Assembly (NCBI GenBank): GCA_004764695.1
Contig: SMSO01000032.1
Location: forward strand, 2,728,001 to 2,792,000
Direction of reading: 5' to 3'
DNA length: 64,000 nt
Origin: Schizochytrium sp. TIO01
Lineage: Eukaryota > Protista > Bigyra: Labyrinthulomycetes
Both the position numbers and the translations under genes were made by a program. Below the pieces are notes generated by a model. It saw only the letters and a list, made by a program, of their open reading frames with translations, did not search any database and was not told where the DNA came from. Shown here one piece after another: positions 22,293-32,190 of the stretch. The first letter of the stretch is position 1, and every line of letters begins with the position of its first letter.

Positions 22293-22949
22293 ATGGCGTA
22301 CGAGGCCTCCAACGAAGATGGTCGAAGACGGTCATCGATTGACCGCGGCTTGACGTGGAGAGGTGAATGGGACGGGCAGTGGGAAGGTGCGTGGAGTTCG
22401 CAGCAAAATGTGCAACAGGATAACTCAGACTGGTACTATGCGTCGGAAGGCACAAGCAATTATGCACTTACGGAGGAGCAGCGCGAGGAACTCAGAGGAA
22501 TCTTTGATGTCTCTGCACAAAGTCGTGCTAATAACTCAAGCAGTGAACAAGGTGAATATCTTGTGCATCGCAATCAGCTTGGGGAGCTTTTGCAAATGCT
22601 AGGCATCCTTCTCACAGACGAAGAAACTAGCAGACTATTGCAAGAAGTGTCATTACAAAATTATGATGAAATGACCTTCGATGAGTTCTGTGATGTGGCA
22701 TCACGCGTATACGCAACGTATGATGTACATGAAGAAATCAAGGAAGCATTTGTGGCGATGCGCGAATCTGTTTTGACTGAAGAAGGTGACCAGTTTGTCT
22801 CTGCATCAAGTCTTCTAAATGCATTTCGTGCGAATGGAAACGAGTCAGTTACAGAAGACGACTGTGTTCGTATTGTGAAACTCATTGGTGGTGACAGCCG
22901 AATCACATGGACTGATTTTCAGTATCACATGATGTCGTCAGCCTTTTAA
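22293..22949 (+). CDS. EF-hand (calmodulin/centrin-like) protein, degenerate loops
   Basis: Motifs 'LTEEQREELRGIFD', 'MTFDEFC', 'EEIKEAF' and 'ITWTDF'. The first ATG is at 22293. Confidence 0.75.
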   Translation: MAYEASNEDGRRRSSIDRGLTWRGEWDGQWEGAWSSQQNVQQDNSDWYYASEGTSNYALTEEQREELRGIFDVSAQSRANNSSSEQGEYLVHRNQLGELLQMLGILLTDEETSRLLQEVSLQNYDEMTFDEFCDVASRVYATYDVHEEIKEAFVAMRESVLTEEGDQFVSASSLLNAFRANGNESVTEDDCVRIVKLIGGDSRITWTDFQYHMMSSAF

Positions 22950-23416
22950 GGTAAAGAGAATATCTATGTTTGATCTTGAGGTAAATTAGAGACCGGGATT
23001 CTCGAGGCCCAAGGTGTGAGAACGGTCTATTCCTAGGTCCGTTAGGCCACTTTTGCTATGGAAGATGTGTGTATAATGTAAAATATTTTGCTTTTTCCTT
23101 CATGAAATCTGCTCTCTAAAGTGTTTTCTTTAGCTTCTGAACGACTACTGTTTGGTATAGGTATGCCCTATTACATCCTTGAAACAGAACTGTCTCTGTA
23201 CAGTTTCTTTGCTTTGAAGCAAAGCTGAGAGGACATGAGATCCATTAAAAGAGATAGAAATAGAGGCATACACCAAACACGTGGTAGCTGTCGATGTTTA
23301 GAGAGGTGTCGCTGTAATGTGTAACTGCTTGCATGGCTGAAGGCCCAGACTGTGTGCTTGAACTAGGGAACTGATATTTCGGTGCTTGCAGTAAAGCTAA
23401 CCAGCATTTGATCACC

Positions 23417-23947
23417 ATGGAGCCAAGTGATTCTATCAAATTTGTCGGAAGTATAAATCATCTCACGTCGCTCGCCTCGAAGAAGCGTATTGCTGATGAG
23501 AGACGTGTACAGAATCTTGAGGTTCAGAAACGTACCGAAAGGGTAAAACGCAAACTGAGCTGGGAAAAACAAAAGGCTCGAGAAGCTGCACTCTTCCGGG
23601 AGTCTGAACGCCGTGTTGACGTGGCTCGTCATAAACTGGTTACCAAAGAAATGTTTCGTATTCAAGCTCGATACAACGGTTTTGATCTTGACAACTTTTC
23701 CTATGAGCCGCAACAACTATTTAATCATGACAAACTCAAAGTTTCAGCAAGTTTGCCAACATTAAGTTTTGCTCGTCAAAGTGAATCAGTTTTGTTTACC
23801 CGCCAAATGAACCCATCCTTGTCATCTGTGTCGATTGTATCATTCCCGGATGCTTCAATCGAACGAATTGAGCATGATCATAATCGTAAAGCCTTGCCTG
23901 TTATAAAACCTAAAAAGGCTAAACCTCAAAAGTGCACCCGGCAATAA
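23417..23947 (+). CDS. Hypothetical basic coiled-coil protein
   Basis: 176-codon ORF with a charged helical segment and no recognisable domain. Confidence 0.5.
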   Translation: MEPSDSIKFVGSINHLTSLASKKRIADERRVQNLEVQKRTERVKRKLSWEKQKAREAALFRESERRVDVARHKLVTKEMFRIQARYNGFDLDNFSYEPQQLFNHDKLKVSASLPTLSFARQSESVLFTRQMNPSLSSVSIVSFPDASIERIEHDHNRKALPVIKPKKAKPQKCTRQ

Positions 23948-26392
23948 ACTATTGTGAAAATTGTACATTAAGCTCGCACAGATAATCGTATTAAAATGAT
24001 CTAGCTGAGGTCTGTAAAATTTTGAAAGATTTTGAAATTTGATAGCAAGTGCTTTGCACACCTCTACGAACAAAAAAGATCATAGATATATTGTTTATCT
24101 TGCATGGAAGAGTAAGGACACATGTTTCGACACAGCGATTCACCAAAACCAAGATGCCATCATTCGCCTTGAATTGTGCTCGTGTTAGTTTTTTGTATAG
24201 TAGTGAGTAAATCAGATGAACGTTGATATTGTATCATTCGAAATTATACAACAAAGGCAAATTTGCAAACAGCCTGGCATATGGTTAAAATCTTCATGGA
24301 TGTAACCCACTCAGTGACTGTGCTTTATTATTATTTAAGTCGTTAGTAGATTTAGAGTTTAGAATTTCACGCCTCTATCGCACATCGCTTACTTCATCTC
24401 CCTTTTTGATGTAGTTAGCGTGCAACACAATATGTATACTTCATAAAAATATTATAATAGTATCCTCAGCAATAGGATAAGAGAAACATGCAATGAGGGT
24501 TGAGTTGCTTCACCGAACTACTACGTTCGTTGGTAATTGCTTGATAGGCCAACAATATTATTCGAGATGTCTAATCGCACTTTGGAGAGTTTTGACATCC
24601 TAATATCATGATGCAGAACAAAATAGAGCAAATTTCCCCTACTAAAGACAGTTGACGTCCCTCACCGCCGTATAGGTGTTGTTTGTTGAGTTCCTTCATG
24701 TAACCGAGGCTCTGTATAAGTTCAAACTCTCTCTAGAGGACTGTATAATGAATGTATTCATAATTAGAAAAAGGCTAACAGCGATCGATAAGTTAATTCC
24801 AAAAGAACTGTAGCATGAAGTATTTGCCAATTTCTTCTTTACTCCGAAAGACTGCAGTGATCATTTATCACATGCCAACTCGTCTCTGATGCATCATTAG
24901 GTTCAGATTTAGTAGCTGAAAGCTGAGTGAAGCATGATCTTATAGACACAAATAGAGCAAACAAACGTCATAGAACTGTGCATATACTAAATGATGCAAA
25001 GAGACCTGATGTGAATAGTTGAATACAGTTATCTCACCTGAAATAAGTAGTAATGAGATCGTTGTGTTCTCTACTGCAAGTTACTACTGTGCATTTACAA
25101 CCGCGGCAATGATGTCATTTTCATTTTTTTGCCAACACGAATTTATGCAAATGTAGAATATGAATTCTCATTTACGACTATATATCAAAGAGGTGTTTGG
25201 ATTGTTGCTTTTAACAAGCAGGAAACACATTTATTGAAAATATAGGGGAAATAATCTTACCAAGTTAGCTTGAAAATATGAACGGCACTATCACTTTTTG
25301 AAATTTATACTCGAGCAAATAATCTATTATACCATACATTCTTCGTGCAAGTGTAGAATGCGTCTCACGTTTCAGTTTGAAATTCCAAGTAAGAACTTCT
25401 GACTGCTTTGAAGAGGTACAAGGGAATCAGAGGAGTTTAACCGTCTTGAATATGTAAGACCTACAGCATAACTATACATGTAATTCAGTCTTTTTATGTC
25501 CGTAACTATGACGCATGTTTAAGATCAGATCTGCGCTTCTCAAGCAAAGTCAATACACCTAAAAGGTTACCTATTAGTCCAAGCTTCCACTCAATCATAA
25601 CCATATTCTTCACTTTGGAGCTACTAAAGTACATCAGAACACCAAGCATTATTTAATCAACTGCTAAATCTTTTAACAATTGGTGTCTATAATTCATGCG
25701 CACCATTCAAACCCAATTGCTATTGCAAAGATTTCATTATTTACCATGTATTGCGGAGTTTATTATTATGTTGCACTAGAACTTGAGCCCTACTTTTTTT
25801 GTTAGACTTTCAATAAAGAGCAGAATACTATGGTATATTATAGTGCCACTCTATAATCACTATTCTTGCACCTTGAAGGTTCTGGTAGAATTATTATGGC
25901 TATAATATCTTCTCATCTTCTCTTGATTTAATTATACACGCATTGGCTGTTAGTATAGATCCACGAGTAAAGGACGTTGGATCGTACATCCACCTGCTTT
26001 GATTTGAAAGGCGGTCTTCATTATAAGTGTGGTGTATTTAACAATACATGTTCTGTTTTATGAGATAGCAATTACTCTTAATTTATGATAAATAGAGATG
26101 AAGTATGTTCTCCCATTTCAAGGTTTCCGGCAAAAACTTCAAGGGCTTATGTAGTTTTGGAGAAACCATGGTGTTCCATTGATAGGGAATTAGCAAATTT
26201 TAGTTCTGTGGTCAATATTTACAGAAACAGATGAATGGACAAATGAATTGGGCTGATTCGTTAAACTTCACATTCCTAGTTCACAAAATTGAAATCCTAA
26301 GTTTTCGTTCAACATGACGACTTTTTAAAAATCGTGATTATTACAACCAGTTTCATTAGCCACACTTAATAAGACGTGAGATGATTCATTTG

Positions 26393-27205
26393 CGTTTATT
26401 TTTTTAGTGGTATCCCAAAGCTTCCTGAACTCTCCAGCACTCTTAGATCTATATCTAAATCATTTCACATATGCTGCAAAACAAGCATCTCAACTCTATC
26501 TTAATTTCCCCATCATCTACTCCAGCCTCAACATCTTCATTACACCATCTGTAATTTTCATTCCCGCCAAGCCAGTTCTCTCTGTTCGCAATAGTCCCAC
26601 ACTTGTTCTCGCATTGCTTTGCTGTTGGGTCTTCTCAAGACCCATTGCCTCCGTAGGTTTTTCTCAACGTCAAACTTCGCCGCGTTCTGCCCACCCTGCC
26701 GTTCTCTCTATCTATTAACCCTCCATATCACCTCATATAGCCCCACGTTCTTTCATATAAGTGGCCTATATAGTATAGCCCTTTTCGTACCGAAGCTTCG
26801 CTTGCCGCTTCGCTCGAATGCTTCGGCGGGCCTATCTATACTATGGCCTAATCTGGGTTACTGTAGAGTAAAGCATTCGCAAGTGGATAATAGGCGCATT
26901 CTCTATAGTATCCTTATCGCGTAAATGAAGATAAGCTAGAGAAGGCGAAGGAACAGGGCAGGGTCTTCACTACACTGGAGCGAATCCGAGCGTACCGGCG
27001 AAAACGTGGCGAATGGAAAGAAGATTTGAGAAGACTCGAGAATGGCAAGTATTTGCAAGATCAGCGACGACTTAACAGGTTGCGAAGCGAGCAAGAGAAG
27101 CAGCATTTTCGATGATCTCGACGAATGATACAGCATGGGAAGCAACCGTATTTGGCTCATAGAATTCATTATAAAATGATCGAAGAAATGAAGAGCAAAT
27201 AAACG
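26393..27205 (+). ncRNA. Unidentified ~800-nt rod-like self-complementary element (structured RNA or endogenised RNA/ssDNA element)
   Basis: At least 8 nested long-range helices with G-U pairs favouring the + strand, a pyrimidine-rich left arm and purine-rich right arm, and a 9-bp terminal inverted repeat (see findings). Confidence 0.5.
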
Positions 27206-27454
27206 ATCGAACAAACGAACGAAAGAAACCAGATTGAATCAAATCCTTCTCCAAACTTCGAACACTCGCTCAGTGCAGAGGCTGTGCGGAGCGGTGTCGC
27301 GAGCCGTAATCTCGCCGGACATCCTACCTCACGTGCTCCGGCCCGAATCCTTACTCAAATAGCCCTTAAGTTCGAGCACGGATTCGCTTGAGATCAAGAC
27401 CAAGCTTGATCCGAATCCAAACCCAAAACCCAATCTTATCTCCACTTTAACACC

Positions 27455-30397
27455 ATGTCAGACCCGCCTGGATACCAGCGTCCGACGTCGAAGCTCAAGG
27501 TTAAGTCCAAGGATGGTGGCGTCGAGGATGACAAGGACCCCGAACCTGTGCCTCCTGAACAGCCTCCCGTTGATGACGATTCTGAGAAGGAGAATGCGGG
27601 CCTGAGCGAAGAGGATCTTCTTCTCAAGGAGACCCTCGAGGCCGCTGTGGCCAAGCTTACGGGCCGCAAGAGCTCGTCCAGTGCTCAAGAGGCCGCTGTG
27701 GACACACTCTCCACGGAGATCCGTAACGCCACGTCCAGCATGACCTCGGTGCCGAAGCCCTTGAAGTTCTTGAGGCCCCATTATGAGCCGCTCAAGGCAT
27801 TCTACAGCACGCTCAAGGCCGGCAACCTGAAGAAGTCCGTCGCAGACGTGCTCTCAGTACTTGCCATGACTATGGCTGAAGAAGGCTCTCGTGAGTGTCT
27901 TGCCTACAAGCTCGAGGGTAACCGCACCGAGCTTGGTCCATGGGGCCACGAGTTTATTCGTGCTATCAGTGGAGAAATCTCCCAGGAGTTCGTCGCAAGG
28001 ACTACTGCAGACCCTCCTGATGACCCTTCAGAGCTCATGGAGCTTGTGGATGTCATTGTTCCATTCCAGATTCAACATAACTCTGAGATCGAAGCCGTTG
28101 ACCTTCTGCTTGAGGTCAACGAGCTCGAGAAGCTCATCGGCTACGTGGACAAATCCAACTACGAGCGTGTATGCCTGTATCTTGTGCGCCTTGCAGAGTA
28201 CCATATCGCTTTGGAGGATCTTCAATCTGCCTTGGGAGTTGCATTCAAGCTGTATTTGAGTGAGAATGACCTCGCGAATGCACTCCGTGTGGCCATGCGT
28301 CTCAATGACATTGGGCTCGCCACCAAAGTCATGGATGCCGCAGAAAAACTTCGCGATGGAGGCATCATGCAGAAACAGCTTGCGCTCATGATGGGCACAA
28401 ACAAGTACTTTGGATATACCGCTGACGATGACCAGATCAACTCGCTCATTGGCAACGAGGAGTTATGGGACTACTTCCAGAGCCTCGCGCGTGAGCTCAA
28501 CGCCGAGGATGCTAAGACCCCCGATGATGTGTACAAGAGCCACCTCTCAGAGTCAAACTCTCTCCGCAACGAGGCGGCCCAAGTCGAGTCTGCCCGCCAG
28601 AATCTTGCCTCTACTTTCGTGAACGCCTTCGTTAACGTTGGTTTCCAAAAAGACGCGCTTATGACGCCAGCCGAGAGCAAGTGGTTGTACAAGAACAAGG
28701 AGCACGGCATGATCAGTGCTGCAGCTTCTCTTGGAATGATTCTTCTTTGGAACGTGAATGAAGGTATGTCACAGATTGACAAATACTTGTACAGCTCGGA
28801 GCCCATCAAGGCCGGAGCCCTGCTCGCGCTGGGTATCGTGAACTGTGGAGTTCGAGATGACGTCGATCCTGCATTAAGTCTTCTTCCTGAGCATTTTGAG
28901 GATGGCAAGCCCGACATGATTCGCATGAGTGCTGCTCTTGGCCTTGGAATTGCCCACGCTGGCAACCCGAAGGAAGAGGTTGCTGAGGTGCTCATCCCCG
29001 TTGTTGCCGACACCTCCGCATCTGCTAACATGGAGGTCGTCGCCCTTGCTGGTCTAGCACTCGGCCTCGTTTTCGCTGGTACCTCCGATGAGGACGTGTG
29101 TACGTCAATTGTACAGCGTCTAATGGAGGCTTCTCCTGCTGAGCTTGACCAACCCATTGCAAAGATGCTTTGCGTCGGCCTCGGACTGCTCTTCCTCGGC
29201 GCCCAGGAGAATGCCGAAGCCACCATTGAAGCCATCAAGACGGTGGAGCATAAGATCTCAAAGTTTGCCGCCGTTGTCATCGAAACATGCGCCTATGCTG
29301 GTACTGGTAATGTGCTCCAGGTTCAGAAGCTTATGCACCTCTGCGCAGAGCACCTTGACAAGAACGGAGACTCCGTCGCAGAAGTTGCAGCTGCCGAAGA
29401 GGCCAAGTCTGCTGCCGCTGCCCAGAGCTCTACTGCTCAGACCGGTGGTGGTGCTGATGCCACAGCAGCAGCTGCAGCTGCTGCTGCCGAGGTGAAGGCT
29501 TCTGAGGAGAAGGAAGAGGAACACCAGACTGAGGAGGAGCGTGAAGCTGAGAAGCAGCAGGCAGCAGCAAATGCCATGCACCAGTCTGCTGCCGTTATTG
29601 GAGTTGCCTTGATCACCATGGGCGAGAAAATTGGCCGCGAGATGGCACAGCGTACTTTCCAGCATCTCTTGCAGTATGGAGACCTGGCCATCCGCCGTGC
29701 AGTTCCTCTTGCTATGGCTGTGTGCCACATCTCTGACCCTGAGTACGCACTTATCGATGTCTTGAGTAAGCTGACCCATGATGCCGATATTCCCACCGCT
29801 ATGTCTGCCATCATCTCGCTAGGTCTTCTTGGCGCTGGTACCAACAACTCGCGTATTGCACAGCTTTTGCGTAGTCTTGCTACTTTCTACGCCAAGGATC
29901 CGAACCCGCTCTTCATCGTGCGCATTGCACAAGGCTTGCTTCACGCTGGTAAGGGTCTTGTAACTCTTGCCCCGTACCATAGCGACCGCACTTTGATGTC
30001 TACTCCGGCTATTGCTGGAATTCTCGCTGTGATCTACTGCTGCTTGGACCTCAAGGGCACCATTTTGGGCAAGTTTCACTTTTTGCTCTACACACTGGTT
30101 TGTGCTATTCGCCCACGCATGCTCATGACTCTTGACGCAAAAACGATGGAGCAGGTGCAGGTGAAGGTGCGTGTTGGCCAGGCCGTGGAGACCGTGGGCC
30201 AAGCTGGCCGCCCCAAGACGATCACTGGCTTCCAGACTCACTCGACTCCTGTGCTCATGAGCTTTGGCGACCGTGCTGAGCTCGTCTCTGATGACTACGA
30301 ACCATTGACAAGCGTCTTGGAGGGCGTTGTTCTTCTCAAGAAGAAGAAGAAGCGTTCCTCCAAGGATCGTGATGGTGATGTGGAAATGGCAAAATAA
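27455..30397 (+). CDS. PSMD2: 26S proteasome regulatory subunit RPN1
   Basis: Motifs 'TSSMTSVPKPLKFLRPHY', 'SARQNLASTFVNAFVN', PC repeats and 'VRVGQAVETVGQAGRPKTITGFQTHSTPVL'. Confidence 0.97.
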   Translation: MSDPPGYQRPTSKLKVKSKDGGVEDDKDPEPVPPEQPPVDDDSEKENAGLSEEDLLLKETLEAAVAKLTGRKSSSSAQEAAVDTLSTEIRNATSSMTSVPKPLKFLRPHYEPLKAFYSTLKAGNLKKSVADVLSVLAMTMAEEGSRECLAYKLEGNRTELGPWGHEFIRAISGEISQEFVARTTADPPDDPSELMELVDVIVPFQIQHNSEIEAVDLLLEVNELEKLIGYVDKSNYERVCLYLVRLAEYHIALEDLQSALGVAFKLYLSENDLANALRVAMRLNDIGLATKVMDAAEKLRDGGIMQKQLALMMGTNKYFGYTADDDQINSLIGNEELWDYFQSLARELNAEDAKTPDDVYKSHLSESNSLRNEAAQVESARQNLASTFVNAFVNVGFQKDALMTPAESKWLYKNKEHGMISAAASLGMILLWNVNEGMSQIDKYLYSSEPIKAGALLALGIVNCGVRDDVDPALSLLPEHFEDGKPDMIRMSAALGLGIAHAGNPKEEVAEVLIPVVADTSASANMEVVALAGLALGLVFAGTSDEDVCTSIVQRLMEASPAELDQPIAKMLCVGLGLLFLGAQENAEATIEAIKTVEHKISKFAAVVIETCAYAGTGNVLQVQKLMHLCAEHLDKNGDSVAEVAAAEEAKSAAAAQSSTAQTGGGADATAAAAAAAAEVKASEEKEEEHQTEEEREAEKQQAAANAMHQSAAVIGVALITMGEKIGREMAQRTFQHLLQYGDLAIRRAVPLAMAVCHISDPEYALIDVLSKLTHDADIPTAMSAIISLGLLGAGTNNSRIAQLLRSLATFYAKDPNPLFIVRIAQGLLHAGKGLVTLAPYHSDRTLMSTPAIAGILAVIYCCLDLKGTILGKFHFLLYTLVCAIRPRMLMTLDAKTMEQVQVKVRVGQAVETVGQAGRPKTITGFQTHSTPVLMSFGDRAELVSDDYEPLTSVLEGVVLLKKKKKRSSKDRDGDVEMAK

Positions 30398-31285
30398 ATA
30401 ATTCAGACTTGCATTATCTTAAAAAAAAAAACAAAGTGCAGCGGTAACAACGACTCTGTTGTTGCGTCTACTTGTACCCCGACTTATTCTTTAAGAAGTT
30501 CGTTCATAGAAAGGCTGGGGTGTGAGAGAGAGAGCATGTTTTTTAACTCAACATGGATAAGTAAAAAGAAGGTCAGGAACATCAAGGAGAAGCTTCAAAT
30601 GACTGTTAGGTAGCTGTTGTAGCTCCTTAGCATATTCTTCTTCTTACTACTTAACATCTCTGCTTTCGACCCCAAATCGCTCGCTTGCTTGTTCGCTCGT
30701 CCCGATAGACGCTTCTCATTCCTATAGCATTCTCTAAAAAAATAATCTAAACATTACACCTCTCAAAATAGAAAATCTATCTTCCACACGTTGATCTAAA
30801 TTCTCCGGCTTTTGTATCTTTGTATCACAGTCCTGCCAACATTCAGCATGTTCACTCAGCCCCGCAGATTGGTCTCTCTCTCCCTAAGGCTGAGCCTGAG
30901 CAGATCTAAACGGACGTCGTGAATTCATCATATCATAGCTAATAATTTACCGTAAGTTAAGCACTAGAACCCTCTTATTGTGCCTCATATCATCGTAACG
31001 GGATTGGGGACTCATAGAGGTTGTCCGGGTAATGCGGGGAATATAGCGACCTAACGACCGCTTTAACAAAGGGAAATAATTAGGCAGTACGTAAAGAGTA
31101 CTACTGGTACCTAGTTATGTAACAAGGTAATGAATTGTCAGTGATTCAATGCTTGGTAAGTTTGTTCAAGTTCGTTCCGAAGCGAAGCAAACTCGTGCAA
31201 GCGGGGTCGCGGAGACGAGCTCGTCCCGCGGACGTACGCACGCAGGAGGTTGGGAAGGTGGTCAAGTAAAGGTTTTGACAGCAAG

Positions 31286-32152
31286 ATGCTCTGGCCGGCA
31301 GAACACCTGCATGAAACCTACGAGCACATTCGTAACGATGCCCTTGGCAGTGGGTGCTCAGTTGTGATTTATGTGGCGCTTGACTGCGATGCGCTATGCG
31401 CTGTGAAGATCTTGACAAGTTTGTTGAAAGCGGATAATGTAGCGTATAAGCTGAGACCCGTTCGAGGATATAGTGATATTTTAGAGGATTTCCGCGAGAC
31501 ATCAAAGGCAGAAGCGATTAAGTCCATCATTATGATCAACTGCGGTGGTGATGTCAATGCACAGGAGATGTTTAACTTGGACGACGGCATGACATGCTAT
31601 ATCATTGACTCGGCGAGGCCCTACAATCATGCAAACCTACTCCGGTCTCATATGCACACGATTGTGTTTGCAGATGACTTCATGAAGGAGGAAGATCTCG
31701 TTAAGGAGGCAGAACTGCTCGAGCATCTGGATGAGGATAACGTAGATGAACTCCTGGGATCGAACGAAAACGACGACGACGACGATGACGACGATGACGA
31801 CGATAGCGATGATGGTAAAGGAGAGGTCGAGGACGGGAATGATGCAAACTCTGCTCGTAACGGGCAAGAAGGAGAGATTGATTCCGACGAAGAACACGAA
31901 TTCGATGGAGGTAACCCTCAGCAGAATGCCTCAGATAGTGATGACGATGAAAATGAAGATGCCAATAAGCAGACTAGCAACAACACAAACAATAAGACAA
32001 GCAAAGCAAAGTCTGCATCTCAACTTCTGACAGAGCAAGAGGAGGCAGAGATCGAGCGTGAGCTTGCTGCAGAAAATGGCACCCGAAAGAAGCGGAGGCG
32101 GACTTCTTCCTCCTCATCCTCTTCACAAAACGACAAAAACAACGATAGTGGC

Positions 32153-32190
<38 letters not shown>

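Noticed and set aside
22293-22949. EF-hand protein as the p2 subunit of the 6mA complex
   Set aside because: Only generic calmodulin/centrin-like features are visible, with no specific support.
26714-26724. TAACCCT as a telomerase template in the rod element
   Set aside because: Only one repeat plus 1 nt, and it pairs with GGGTTA at 26855-60.
28471-30241. Long antisense ORFs within RPN1
   Set aside because: Shadow ORFs of a GC3-biased gene.
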